Below are positions 28,585-38,936 of a stretch of 64,000 nt of DNA, in pieces. The stretch is taken from NCBI GenBank assembly GCA_965116925.1, contig OZ220744.1:5440001-5504000 (forward strand). Reading direction: 5' to 3'. The translations under genes were made by a program, and so were the position numbers. Within the stretch, counting starts at the first letter, position 1. Each line of letters starts with the position of its first letter. This stretch comes from Candidatus Poribacteria bacterium (lineage in GTDB: Bacteria; Poribacteria; WGA-4E; PCPOR2b). A model generated the notes under the pieces. That model had not been told where the DNA came from and ran no database searches. It saw only the letters and a program-made list of their open reading frames with translations.

Positions 28585-30063
28585 ATGAGAAATCGTTGTG
28601 TTATATTGAGCCTTTTCATTATAGCTTTGGTTGCACTGTTGACCTCGCCCCATGCGACTCACGCAGAAGATAAAGCCACAGAGGCTGACCTAGAAGCATT
28701 GAGTATCAAGTTGAAGGCGGCTATTGCCAGCGGTGAAATGACCGAAGAAGAAGCACTTGCTGAGTACGAAAAAGCCGCTGGAAAGATGAAAGGCGCGAAA
28801 ACCGGGAAGGACAAAGGCAAAGACGAAAAACACTGGAAAGCACCAGTAATAAACGGTCTACCCTGTTTGCCAAACACACCAGATGGGGTAGATCCGACCG
28901 AGGGCGTCTCGTTCGACCCTAACCATGTGGTGTGCATTAAAGTGACAATGGATCCACACGATTTCGAGCGGTTGGCGGAGGAAACCCGTTTTGATGGTGC
29001 TGGAAATGACTTCGATCAAATATGGCCCGATTGTTCGCAACCTTGGCCCTCAGCGTATAATTGGTATCGGGCAGATATTGAGGTCGACGGCGTGAGTCTA
29101 TTAGATGTGGGAATTCGTAAGAAGGGCTTTGTTGGCTCTCAGTACTCGCCGGTGCCCGCTTTGAAAATTAAGACTGACAAATACGTGAAAGGTCAATTCC
29201 TTGGCGACACCGAGCGAATCACGCTCAATAACAATGGCGGCATTTTACCGCGCATGGCGGCTTGTCTGACATACGAAGTCTTCGCCGCGGCTGGGTACCC
29301 TACACCCCGGTGCAACATAGCAAATGTGCTGGTCAATGGTCAGCCAAAAGGGCCCTACGTGCACATTGAAGCCATCAAGAAACGTTTCCTTCGTCGCGCC
29401 TTTGGTGACAACACCGGTTCCCTCTATGAGGGTACACACACCGATTTTGTCGAAGCGTGGTTGCCGCGCTGGGAATGCAAGACCGACGATACCGACACCA
29501 GTTATGCGCCGCTGTTAGGTGTTGCCCAAGCCCTACAAAAACCCGACGATGAGCTTGTCGATGCGCTGTCTTCCGTGCTGAACATCGATCGTTACATCAC
29601 CTTTTGGGCACTTGAGACACTTGTGAACCACCTTGATGGCTACGGTGCTGACCGCAATAATTTCTACGTCTATTTTGATCCGACCGATGCTGGCCGCGCC
29701 GTTTTCATCCCTTGGGGAGCTGACAAGACGTTTCTTGGTGACTTTAATCTAGATGGGTATCTGACCGCCGATCTGCCACGGCGTCTCTCCCGCATACCCG
29801 CCATTGCCACTCGCATGGAAAATGAACTTGAAAGACTGCTCGACGAGGTGTGGGACGCGGCCGCCCTTCTAGAGAGCATTGATCGCTACAGCGCACAAGT
29901 GAAGTCTGCGGAACAGGCTGATGACTACGATACCAAGGTCGAAGCCCTACGTACCTGGGTGAGAAATCGTCCCGATCAGGTACGAGAGATGCTGCGTCTC
30001 GGACTTCCTGTAGGCATGGAAAAATCACTCCCTTGTACAAATGAACGTGTGAGCGGCAAATAA
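28585..30063 (+). CDS. CotH kinase family protein, exported
   Basis: Signal peptide; VGIRKKG, LKIK, LNN, HLDGY...NNFYVY, FIPWGAD. Confidence 0.85.
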   Translation: MRNRCVILSLFIIALVALLTSPHATHAEDKATEADLEALSIKLKAAIASGEMTEEEALAEYEKAAGKMKGAKTGKDKGKDEKHWKAPVINGLPCLPNTPDGVDPTEGVSFDPNHVVCIKVTMDPHDFERLAEETRFDGAGNDFDQIWPDCSQPWPSAYNWYRADIEVDGVSLLDVGIRKKGFVGSQYSPVPALKIKTDKYVKGQFLGDTERITLNNNGGILPRMAACLTYEVFAAAGYPTPRCNIANVLVNGQPKGPYVHIEAIKKRFLRRAFGDNTGSLYEGTHTDFVEAWLPRWECKTDDTDTSYAPLLGVAQALQKPDDELVDALSSVLNIDRYITFWALETLVNHLDGYGADRNNFYVYFDPTDAGRAVFIPWGADKTFLGDFNLDGYLTADLPRRLSRIPAIATRMENELERLLDEVWDAAALLESIDRYSAQVKSAEQADDYDTKVEALRTWVRNRPDQVREMLRLGLPVGMEKSLPCTNERVSGK

Positions 30064-30078
30064 CGATAGCTGGCTATA

Positions 30079-30942
30079 TTAGTGAATATCAATCCCATTT
30101 TCCACAGCGATTTGGCGAACATTCACGTTAGCGAGCGGAATCTTTTCCATCGGCAAATGTTCGATCAGACCGTACCCCTCCGGATATAATCCATCAAATC
30201 TTCTGAGTGCCTGCGCAAGATCTAACTCGCCCTCGCCGGGCATCTCCTCATTAATATGGAGCACCAAGCCGTTTTCGACCTTGATGTCTTTGACGTGCGC
30301 CACGGGGGCGATTGGTCCCATTACATCAAAGATATGGTTCAACCGATCGGTGCTATTATAAACCTGCCGAAGCGTCTGAAAGTGGTTAACAAAATCCATA
30401 ACGATGCGGAGGCTATCCAAACCAACAGTATCAACAACCGCCTTGCATGTTTCGGGCGAGTCCATTATTGAAACGGCATGGGTCTCGACAATAATGGTTA
30501 CTCCTTCCGCATCTGCTTTTTGAGCAATTGGCGTTAGTGTTTCGATCAGACGCTCCATACTTTCAGGAAGGTGGTTATCCCGGTGTGATGTCCATGCTCC
30601 GTCAGGATTCAGGCTGCCGGGACGGATGAGGCAGCTGTGTGCGTTAATCTGCCGCGCAATCTCTACGCCACGATTAATCCTTCTGATAACCGCTTCCCTG
30701 ACAGCCGGATCAGGGTCAAAGAGGCACTCGGTATAAGTAAGAGCGAATTGAACTAGATCTAACTCCTCTCCCGCCATGAATTGATTGTACTTTTCACAGT
30801 CCTCCGTTGTTACATCGAAGACATCGTCGCTGCTGAAATGGAATCCGAATCCTGTGAACTCCAGTCTCCGAATCGCTTCCATCTGTTCCTTTGTAAACGT
30901 GCGAAAATTCCCCGGCAACATGCCGACAATTCCGAGTCTCAT
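30079..30942 (-). CDS. Sugar phosphate isomerase/epimerase (xylose isomerase-like TIM barrel)
   Basis: VETH, MDFVN, HVKD, PGEGELD, IEH. Confidence 0.85.
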   Translation of the reverse strand: MRLGIVGMLPGNFRTFTKEQMEAIRRLEFTGFGFHFSSDDVFDVTTEDCEKYNQFMAGEELDLVQFALTYTECLFDPDPAVREAVIRRINRGVEIARQINAHSCLIRPGSLNPDGAWTSHRDNHLPESMERLIETLTPIAQKADAEGVTIIVETHAVSIMDSPETCKAVVDTVGLDSLRIVMDFVNHFQTLRQVYNSTDRLNHIFDVMGPIAPVAHVKDIKVENGLVLHINEEMPGEGELDLAQALRRFDGLYPEGYGLIEHLPMEKIPLANVNVRQIAVENGIDIH

Positions 30943-31003
30943 CTAAACCTCCATCTCATTGGTTCACTGGCTGATTGGTTTATTAATGAATTTTTGAACG
31001 AGT

Positions 31004-31031
31004 GTAGGGAACGCAGATCTGCGTTCCCTAC
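31004..31031. repeat. 28-bp perfect palindrome GTAGGGAACGCAGATCTGCGTTCCCTAC (GTAG-type REP), copy 1
   Basis: Identical copies at 51309 and 55528. Confidence 0.92.
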
Positions 31032-31049
31032 TTCTGGTTTTGACATTTT

Positions 31050-31826
31050 TTACAGCGGGGTAGCAAGTTCCTGCGCCAATACCTGAAGGTCGTAACCTTC
31101 CTTGCGGACGCGAAGATCGTAGTAAAGCATTGTCGTTGATATAGCTCTAAATGCATTGATAGGTAGTGCAAGACAGATTGAAAGGAGAGAGAGAAGGGAG
31201 TGAAAACCGGGGAAGCTGCCAATGAGAAATGGAAAACAAAGTACAAGGATAACCACAAAAGCTTCCACGAGTGTCAGCCATACAACAAGAAAAAACGTCT
31301 TGTCAAAAAAACCTTTGACGAGTACGCGACTCCGTTTGAGTGCCCCGAATCCGCCTTCTTTCTCAATTATAACAACTGGAGCAGCCATGCAGAACCAGAC
31401 GTAAACGATAATCCCCGGTATAAAAATCATTATGCCAATGCCGGTAGCAATCGTAGAAAGAATGATTGATCCAAGCAGTGGAAAGAGCGAACCTAAAACC
31501 CGTGAGTACGCTTCTCCAATGTTTATCGATCTCCCCAGCAAGTGCTGCGAAATCACGAATGTTCCGGCCGCTGTCACAACCAAAGATTGGAAGACGGTAA
31601 TCGCTGTATATGGCAATGTAGCCATCAGTAGCTGCGATGCCCTAATCTCAGTATATATGTACGGCTCAGCGTATGCGTACCTCCAAATGGCTTGAAAAGC
31701 TAACCCCCCAACCAGCGTGCCGGGCGCAGCAATTCCAACCAATTTCACAAAGTTCACTCGATAGTGGCGTAGTGCGTTGAGGAAGATCTGCCTAACGCCC
31801 ATCAATTGGAACTGATATGTATCCAC
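31050..31826 (-). CDS. Multi-pass membrane protein (GDPD-membrane-domain-like)
   Basis: Several TM helices; ALKRSR.LVKG and YYDLRVRKEGYDL signature. Confidence 0.75.
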   Translation of the reverse strand: MDTYQFQLMGVRQIFLNALRHYRVNFVKLVGIAAPGTLVGGLAFQAIWRYAYAEPYIYTEIRASQLLMATLPYTAITVFQSLVVTAAGTFVISQHLLGRSINIGEAYSRVLGSLFPLLGSIILSTIATGIGIMIFIPGIIVYVWFCMAAPVVIIEKEGGFGALKRSRVLVKGFFDKTFFLVVWLTLVEAFVVILVLCFPFLIGSFPGFHSLLSLLSICLALPINAFRAISTTMLYYDLRVRKEGYDLQVLAQELATPL

Positions 31827-32553
31827 GGTTATCCGACCTCAACTCATTGAGATATGCCTCAAGCTCTTTATCTCGCGGATCCAATTGGTACGACTTTTCT
31901 AGATAATCGACTGCGGTATCATGTTGGCCAATTTTCATGTACAGTGCGCCGAGGTTATAGTAGGGACGAGGGTACGTCGGTTTGATGTCAATCGCTCGCA
32001 GGTAGTGGTCGCGCGCTCTCATGAATAATTCCTTGGTTTTGCCGATGACTATGTTCATAGTTACATCTTCATCAAATTGTTGGGTATAGATATACGCGTC
32101 AATCGCTTGGGCTTTTTTGTCGATTGCTTCAGTCACATCTGGTTTATCCGATCTCATCACAATATAACCGGAACCGACCTCTGTTATTGCTATCTCTAAT
32201 TCATGGACAGCTTCAGCCGGTGTTTGATTTGTTAATTCAGTTGTCCAAGAGGGCCAGTTCGGTCCAGCATAATCAAGTCCATATTCGTAGCAGGTTGCTC
32301 CAAGATCATTATGGACTTCAGCGTTGTCTGGACGCATCTCTAGAGCTGCTTCGTAAATCTGGATAGCCGCAGTATGTCTTTTTGCGTTATGAGCGACCGC
32401 AGCTTGCTCACGCAAACTCTTAAATTCCTGCCCTTCCAAATTGATGGCTTCTCGAGATGCCATCTGATCACCGGTCTGCATATAGAAGATAAGCGGGACA
32501 ACTACAATGAGAGATAAACAAAGGAATATAATTGTTGGCAATTGTAAACGCAT
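31792..32553 (-). CDS. Tetratricopeptide repeat protein with N-terminal anchor
   Basis: AEVHNDLGA, YYNLGALY..AVDYLEKSYQLDP. Confidence 0.8.
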   Translation of the reverse strand: MRLQLPTIIFLCLSLIVVVPLIFYMQTGDQMASREAINLEGQEFKSLREQAAVAHNAKRHTAAIQIYEAALEMRPDNAEVHNDLGATCYEYGLDYAGPNWPSWTTELTNQTPAEAVHELEIAITEVGSGYIVMRSDKPDVTEAIDKKAQAIDAYIYTQQFDEDVTMNIVIGKTKELFMRARDHYLRAIDIKPTYPRPYYNLGALYMKIGQHDTAVDYLEKSYQLDPRDKELEAYLNELRSDNRGYISVPIDGR

Positions 32554-32647
32554 TTTTCCTCACCTCTTGTTTTTAAGAATATGGCAATAATACATCCTAG
32601 CCAATTATAAACACCGCGCAATGGCTGAAGTTGCGATTCATCTATGT

Positions 32648-34078
32648 TCAGCGGACAACTAAATCGGACAATTCTCTCTGTCTACCGTCCCGCTCAAAGT
32701 ACAGACTAATCCGTTGAGGGGGCTGTAACTGGTTTATGATACGTTTGAAATCTTCGAGCGAATTCACCTTGAGCCTGTTAATGCGGTGAATGAGATCGCC
32801 TCGTTTCAATCCACGCTCCGCCAATGTGCCTCCTGGCTGGACCTTTGTAACAAGGACACCACGTTGTGTGTATTTCTCTGTCTGTTGCCGATTTAATTGT
32901 TCAATTGTGATACCCCAGCCGGGTACGGCGTAACTCCATTGAAGCTCCCGTATTCTTAGGCGCAGATCTCTGCGTTTTCCATCACGGAGCATTCGGAAGG
33001 TCGTTGTCTGGTCTTCGCGGAGGAGACGAGTAATTGCCAAAAATGTCTCCGAATCGGATATCGGTTTCTGATCTATTGCTTCAATGACATCGCGGCGCCG
33101 GATGCCTGCTGCTTCTGCTGGACTCCCCTTTTTTACTCCCGCGACCAACACACCGATTCCTTCTTCCAAATCGAGTGCGTCTGCCAATCTCTGCGTTAAA
33201 TCTTGGGGTTCAATACCAATTTCCGGTGGTACAACCGCCCCGTAGGTAACCAATTGATCGACGACTTTTTGGACAACATTAACCGGAATGGCAAAACCGA
33301 CGCCTTGTGAGCCACCGCTTGTGGAATAGATCGCCGTGTTGATACCAATCAACTGTCCATATAGGTTGACGAGTCCTCCGCCGCTATTGCCCGGATTAAT
33401 GGAAGCATCCGTTTGGATGAGGTCGCGGTACAGTCGATCTTCCGTCTTCAGGGAGCGACCCGTTGCACTCACCACACCGACAGTGACAGTCGGGCTTGCA
33501 TCTTCAACCATAGTTGCAAAGGGATGTCCGATTGCAATTGCCCATTCCCCGATCAGCAGATCCTCTGCGTTTCCTAACTCAATCGCTTTCAGTTTTGGTG
33601 TGTCAATTTTTAAGATAGCGAGGTCTGTAAGGAAGTCCTCCCCGACAACTTCGGCACTCGCTACCCGCCCATCTGAAAGGAGTACCGTTGTTGCATCTGC
33701 TCCCTCAATAACGTGCTGATTGGTAATTACATAGCCTTTTCGGTCAAAAATTACTCCAGATCCAAGTCCATGTAGGGTACGCCGCTGTGGGACCCTGAAA
33801 GGAAAATCGAAAAACGGTGCCCAAGGATCGTCAAAAAATGGAGACACATTTACCATCTGTGTTGTCGTCCGCGTTGTGCTGATATTAACGACGGCAGGAC
33901 TCGCATACTCAACGGCGTTGACAATGGCGTTTCGACGGGAAGTTGACACATCCGCTTGCCGCTCTGGCTTCGATTGGGCTTCCCCTGTTTGAGGAGTCGC
34001 AATCAATAAACAAAGGAGTAAAATGTGAATCGCAAAATTCCTATAGATATTAAGACTCCGTTGAATACATAACTTCAA
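32648..34078 (-). CDS. HtrA/DegP-family serine protease with two PDZ domains
   Basis: GSGVI, TNQHV, DLAILK, IQTDASINPGNSGG; start uncertain (TTG). Confidence 0.92.
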   Translation of the reverse strand: MKLCIQRSLNIYRNFAIHILLLCLLIATPQTGEAQSKPERQADVSTSRRNAIVNAVEYASPAVVNISTTRTTTQMVNVSPFFDDPWAPFFDFPFRVPQRRTLHGLGSGVIFDRKGYVITNQHVIEGADATTVLLSDGRVASAEVVGEDFLTDLAILKIDTPKLKAIELGNAEDLLIGEWAIAIGHPFATMVEDASPTVTVGVVSATGRSLKTEDRLYRDLIQTDASINPGNSGGGLVNLYGQLIGINTAIYSTSGGSQGVGFAIPVNVVQKVVDQLVTYGAVVPPEIGIEPQDLTQRLADALDLEEGIGVLVAGVKKGSPAEAAGIRRRDVIEAIDQKPISDSETFLAITRLLREDQTTTFRMLRDGKRRDLRLRIRELQWSYAVPGWGITIEQLNRQQTEKYTQRGVLVTKVQPGGTLAERGLKRGDLIHRINRLKVNSLEDFKRIINQLQPPQRISLYFERDGRQRELSDLVVR

Positions 34079-35096
34079 AGATATTATCTCCGCGTGTCCG
34101 AATTTCTTTTAAGTCATTCAACAAAACAGACTGTTCTTGGCTCGTCACGACCGGAAAACCGTAATACTTGTTTGTATACTTCAACGGTCCCGAGTTTTGG
34201 ACCCGGCTTTTGACAAACTCAAAATGTGTTATCAATCTGTCGTGCAAATAGTCGTTTGAAAAATCGACAATATCGCATACAATAGGGCAAATTGCCTGCT
34301 GAAAACTTTTGTCGATTTCAACACCGATACTATTGCGCCCCGATGTCATCGCAGCTGCAATTGTGGTTCCTGTGCCTAAAAATGGATCGAGTACCACATC
34401 GCCTTTCACAGAGTACATATTGATTAGTCGATACGCCAAATCAAACGGAAATGCAGCACTCCGCAATCGGGAGGTTGTATTAGAAAGTTTTTGCTCTGTT
34501 CCCTTAATATCTGTCCAAATATCCGAATACCAGATATTTCTCTCCTCCCAAAACAGCGCACTTTCGCGTCTGTTCTTTTTTTCTTCCTCTGTCTTAAATT
34601 CTCTTTTAGAACCTTTCCTCACTATCAGAATGTACTCGTGTTCCAGAGTAACATAAGCGCCGGCAGGCAGCATACCTGAACCCATAAATTTATTAGGTGC
34701 ATTGGTCTGTTTGCGCCAAAGGATATCAGGTAGTGCTGAAAATCCGATATCTAAGAGGTAATTCAGGATTCTTGCATGATTCGGATACAAACAAAAATCA
34801 ACCTTTATCTTTCGCGTCGCATCGCCGATATTGATGCAGGCAAATCGACCATCCTTTAGAACTCTGAACAGCTCATCCCATACAGGATTGAGAATCTCGT
34901 GCATCAGCTCATAAGCCTGTCTACCATCGCCATGCGCTAATGCCTTCCGAATTTCTATGTTTTGACTGCCAAACATATCATCCCACATACCAATCATGGG
35001 ATACGGCGGAGAGGTAACTACCAGATCAACGCTCTCCGAAGCGATTTCTTTCAAATCTCTTGCATCTTGAAAAAAGATCTTATGGATAGTTTTCAT
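34050..35096 (-). CDS. Orphan site-specific DNA methyltransferase (beta class, N4-C/N6-A)
   Basis: TSPPY (motif IV) precedes DPFLGTGTT (motif I); no nuclease adjacent. Confidence 0.9.
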   Translation of the reverse strand: MKTIHKIFFQDARDLKEIASESVDLVVTSPPYPMIGMWDDMFGSQNIEIRKALAHGDGRQAYELMHEILNPVWDELFRVLKDGRFACINIGDATRKIKVDFCLYPNHARILNYLLDIGFSALPDILWRKQTNAPNKFMGSGMLPAGAYVTLEHEYILIVRKGSKREFKTEEEKKNRRESALFWEERNIWYSDIWTDIKGTEQKLSNTTSRLRSAAFPFDLAYRLINMYSVKGDVVLDPFLGTGTTIAAAMTSGRNSIGVEIDKSFQQAICPIVCDIVDFSNDYLHDRLITHFEFVKSRVQNSGPLKYTNKYYGFPVVTSQEQSVLLNDLKEIRTRGDNIFEVMYSTES

Positions 35097-35363
35097 AGAC
35101 AGGCTCGCGTGGTGTAGTGCGAAACTATCCGATAAAGGATTGTTGGATTCACTGAGTGATGGGTCCCGCCCCCAAACAGCATAGCGTTATCATATATAGC
35201 CTTTTAATCGACGGGAAAATTTGGTTTGGGGTTTATTATATGCTTCTTAGCCAACCGTTGTCAACGGCAGAAATTTGCAAAGTGTCCAGATAGCCTTCAA
35301 TTGACAAAATCTCAACTGCAATTTTCTACTCCTTATATATTCGTCGAAATTTTTTGCGGTTGA

Positions 35364-35372
35364 TGGTATAAT
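35364..35372 (+). promoter_or_regulatory. Extended -10 promoter directly before the dsbA-like start (leaderless)
   Basis: TGGTATAAT ends 7 nt before ATG 35380; no SD. Confidence 0.55.
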
Positions 35373-35379
35373 AATTCCC

Positions 35380-35997
35380 ATGAAAACAATCAACGTAACA
35401 GTTTATTCGGACTATGTTTGTCCATACTGCTACATCGGTGCAGCGCGAGTACAGCAACTTCAACAGGAGTATGATCCACCGGTTGTCTGGAAGAGCTTTG
35501 AACTTCACCCGGAAGCACCGGCAGGAGGCATCCCACCTTCAATGTTTTATCAGGACAATCCGAATCTCAAACGGATTTCTGAAAACGCGCAACAGTTGGC
35601 GGTGGCTGCCAATTTGCAACTCCCCGATCACGTCATTTATTCTAATTCCCGACTTGCACTAGAGTTGGGTGAATTTGCCGAGCAATCTGGGAAGGGCGAA
35701 CCGTTCCGAGCAGCACTATTTGACTCATACTTCGAGCAGATACAGGATATGGGAGATGAATCGGTGCTTTTAGACGTTGCTGAAGAAGTTGGGATCCCCA
35801 GAGAGGCAGCAGCTGAATGTCTTTCCGAGCGCACGATGAAGACTCACGTCGATTTACAGATACAGGAAGCACGAGGATATGGTATCACCGGTGTCCCCAC
35901 ATTTATCATTGGAAAATATATGGTTGTCGGTGCACAACCTTATTCCGTGCTCAAACAGGCGTTTGAGTTGGGGTTGGAAGAAGAGGACGCTCGTTAA
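35380..35997 (+). CDS. DsbA-family (FrnE-like) oxidoreductase
   Basis: SDYVCPYCYIG; GITGVPTF; GAQPY. Confidence 0.9.
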   Translation: MKTINVTVYSDYVCPYCYIGAARVQQLQQEYDPPVVWKSFELHPEAPAGGIPPSMFYQDNPNLKRISENAQQLAVAANLQLPDHVIYSNSRLALELGEFAEQSGKGEPFRAALFDSYFEQIQDMGDESVLLDVAEEVGIPREAAAECLSERTMKTHVDLQIQEARGYGITGVPTFIIGKYMVVGAQPYSVLKQAFELGLEEEDAR

Positions 35998-36082
35998 ACC
36001 GATCTGAATATTTTGGAGAATGTGAAACGGAATTTATTCATTTGGCAATTTTCAACCCAATTAATCAGGAGGGAGGAATATC

Positions 36083-36871
36083 ATGGGTTTGGATACAAAA
36101 TACGACATCGATCAGATGATGGAGGAGTGGCGGATTAACGGCTTCGTCGTCTTCGAGGATCTGATACCGACAGAAACAATCGACCGTATCCTTAAGGCGT
36201 GGATACCGGTTCGAGACCGCGACATTGAGCGGCAAGGGAAGTATCCACCCCGCGGCTATCATCGCTATAATGTGCGTGTGCCATTCGACCGACCTTTTGT
36301 AGATCCGGTGATCTTTGAGCATCCCGCTCTCGTTGCATTTCTGGAGCGTGTACTTGGTCCAGATTACGTCTGGACACACTTCGATTCTAATATACCGCTG
36401 CCGGGAACAGATTATCAGCGGTGGCACCGGGATGGCAAAGCATCCCTTTTCCCGGGAATTAAGATGCCAGCGTTCTCTGTCGGTGTCAAGTTTCCACTCG
36501 TTGACACAAACGAAGAGAATGGAAGCTTTGAAGTAATTCCGGGGACCCAATATGTAGGCGAGGAGGGCTTACCCACCAACTTAAACGACGTTTTTGGCGA
36601 GGGGCTCAATCGCCACGGTAACTATCACCCAATCCGTCTCAATCTGAAGAAAGGGTCTCTCTGGGTCCAAGATCCGCGCGCCTTTCACCGCGGCACACCG
36701 AATAGATCAAATCACCCGCGCGATGAACTGTGTATGGCATTCAGCGTCCCGTGGCTATTCAGCCAATGGCTGCATGAGTACACCGAAAAGCATTTTCCAC
36801 GGGACCTCTGGGAAAGTCTGCCTCCTCACGCTCAACAGGTGTTGAAATGGCAGCGGGTTAAAGATGCGTGA
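36083..36871 (+). CDS. Phytanoyl-CoA dioxygenase (PhyH) family protein
   Basis: QRWHRD, PLVD...NGS.EVIPGT, FHRGTPNRS. Confidence 0.88.
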   Translation: MGLDTKYDIDQMMEEWRINGFVVFEDLIPTETIDRILKAWIPVRDRDIERQGKYPPRGYHRYNVRVPFDRPFVDPVIFEHPALVAFLERVLGPDYVWTHFDSNIPLPGTDYQRWHRDGKASLFPGIKMPAFSVGVKFPLVDTNEENGSFEVIPGTQYVGEEGLPTNLNDVFGEGLNRHGNYHPIRLNLKKGSLWVQDPRAFHRGTPNRSNHPRDELCMAFSVPWLFSQWLHEYTEKHFPRDLWESLPPHAQQVLKWQRVKDA

Positions 36872-36957
36872 AGAGCGTGAAACGTGATGCGTGAAACGTA
36901 AAAGCAATTTCTTCATTGATTGATTAGTTCATTAGGTTAATATAAAAGGAGATTTCT

Positions 36958-37758
36958 ATGCGTTTGAAAGATCGGGTTGCTATTGTCACCGGTGGCGGTG
37001 GCGGGATGGGAACCGGTATCAGCCTGTGCCTCGCTAGGGAAGGTGCGAACATTGTTGTGTCGGATGTGAATCTTGAGGCTGCCCAGGGGTGTGTGGAAAA
37101 GATTGAAGGGACAGGTCAACGCGGATTGGCAGTCCAATCAGACGTGACTAAGGAAGCAGACTGTACTGTCCTAGTGGAGGAAACACTCAAAACATTCGGA
37201 CAGGCAGATATTCTAGTCAACAACGCCGGGCATTTTGGTGAGAATCTTGGGCTGCCCTTCACCAATCAAACAGAGGCGGACTGGGACGATAATTTAGCTG
37301 TCCACGTCAAGGGTCCCTTCTTCCTCTGTAAAGCCGTTGCTTCGCACATGATCGAGCGGAAGTTTGGGAAGATTATCAATATTTCGTCGATTGCGGCAAA
37401 GCGAGACCCGCAGATTGCACCGGCTTACGCTGCCGCTAAGAATGCCTTGTTGAACCTGACACGACTAGTGGCTAAAGACTTTGGTCCCCATAACATCAAT
37501 GTTAATGCGATCTGTCCGGGGATGCTCTGGACCGGGTTCTGGCACAGGCTCGCACCGTTAATCGCCGAGAACGACCCGACTTACGCAGATCTTGAACCGC
37601 GTGCTCTGTTCGAGCAGTGGGTCAAACAGAACACACCACTCCAACGGGAGCAGACGCCGGAGGATATCGGTAACCTCGTTGTCTTCTTGTCGTCGGAGGA
37701 GTCTCGAAATATCACCGGACAAACGATCCATGTCGATGGCGGCGTATCAATGGGTTAG
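36958..37758 (+). CDS. SDR family oxidoreductase
   Basis: TGGGGGMG, NNAG, YAAAK, ITGQTIHVDGG. Confidence 0.93.
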   Translation: MRLKDRVAIVTGGGGGMGTGISLCLAREGANIVVSDVNLEAAQGCVEKIEGTGQRGLAVQSDVTKEADCTVLVEETLKTFGQADILVNNAGHFGENLGLPFTNQTEADWDDNLAVHVKGPFFLCKAVASHMIERKFGKIINISSIAAKRDPQIAPAYAAAKNALLNLTRLVAKDFGPHNINVNAICPGMLWTGFWHRLAPLIAENDPTYADLEPRALFEQWVKQNTPLQREQTPEDIGNLVVFLSSEESRNITGQTIHVDGGVSMG

Positions 37759-37771
37759 CGAACCCCACCTG

Positions 37772-38779
37772 CTACCCGATTTGGACAACCTGTGCGCTTC
37801 GCGCAGACTCATTCAACGCGTCGCAGACACGCATCGTATTGATTGCTTCAACTTGCCAGTGCGGCTCAAGCTGCCCAGTCCGAACAATGTTTGAAAACCG
37901 TTCGATCATTCGCGCTTCTTGGATACAACCGCCGCCCTTATGTTCTTCGTTCCGTCCTTGTGCACCGTGTACCCAGAAGCGAGACGAATCTTCTTGCCGG
38001 GGTATTACGAAATCGTCGCATACAATAGACGCTTGGGTGCCAGCAACCTCAAACCACCTGCGACTCGCCGTATCATAAGCACAATCGAATGAGGCTATCC
38101 GCTCGTCTTCAAACCAGAGTGTGCCTGACAGGTTGAGTTCCACGCCACGATAATAACGTGCGGTGGCGAAAACTTGTGTTGGTAAATCGTCGAATGCCCA
38201 GAGAATGCAGCGAACGCAATAGTAACCGAGATCTCCGAGGCAACCGCCGGCAAGTTCCTTTTTTACGCGGATGTTGTCTTCTGGAATTGTGTCCCAACCG
38301 GTGGTAAATGCCGCTGTCACCCGACGCAACCGCCCCAAAGTTCCATCATCAATGACCTGCTTCATCCGAGGAGTGCGCACGTGATGGACCCACATGACGC
38401 CATCCATCAGTTGCACATTGTGCTGCTGACAGGCTTCTGCCATTGCTATTGATTTCTCTGTGTTTGCTTCCAACGGTTTTTCGCACAGTACATGCTTGCC
38501 CTGTTCCGCCGCTTTGATAGTCCATTCGGCGTGCATTGAAGGCGGCAGGGGGTTGTAGATGGCATCAATTTTTGGATCTTCAAGGAGTGCCTCATAGTTT
38601 CCGTAGGCTATTTCAACACCGTGCTCAGACGCCCAACTTTTGGCACGTTCTTCCGTTCGGCTGGCGATTGTGGTCAACTCGGTACCGTCCGCCAAGTTGA
38701 TGGCTCGTGCAACCTTTGTTGCGATCCTTGCCGTACTCAAAATTCCCCAACGCACATTTTGTTTTGCTTCACCCATCAT
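37772..38779 (-). CDS. Gfo/Idh/MocA family oxidoreductase
   Basis: RWGILSTARIA, GKHVLCEKP, GGCLGDLGYY. Confidence 0.92.
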   Translation of the reverse strand: MMGEAKQNVRWGILSTARIATKVARAINLADGTELTTIASRTEERAKSWASEHGVEIAYGNYEALLEDPKIDAIYNPLPPSMHAEWTIKAAEQGKHVLCEKPLEANTEKSIAMAEACQQHNVQLMDGVMWVHHVRTPRMKQVIDDGTLGRLRRVTAAFTTGWDTIPEDNIRVKKELAGGCLGDLGYYCVRCILWAFDDLPTQVFATARYYRGVELNLSGTLWFEDERIASFDCAYDTASRRWFEVAGTQASIVCDDFVIPRQEDSSRFWVHGAQGRNEEHKGGGCIQEARMIERFSNIVRTGQLEPHWQVEAINTMRVCDALNESARSAQVVQIG

Positions 38780-38936
38780 AATTCCCTCGTTCAAAGTCCA
38801 TTTTCAATAGGATTGTTGTTGTTCAAATTTTTAATCAGTGCTATAATGCCGGTAAAACCTTGTGGAGGTTTTTAACATCTTTAAGGTCAGATTTAATGTA
38901 GCATATTCTATATCTAACAAGGAGTCAAGCACAAAA

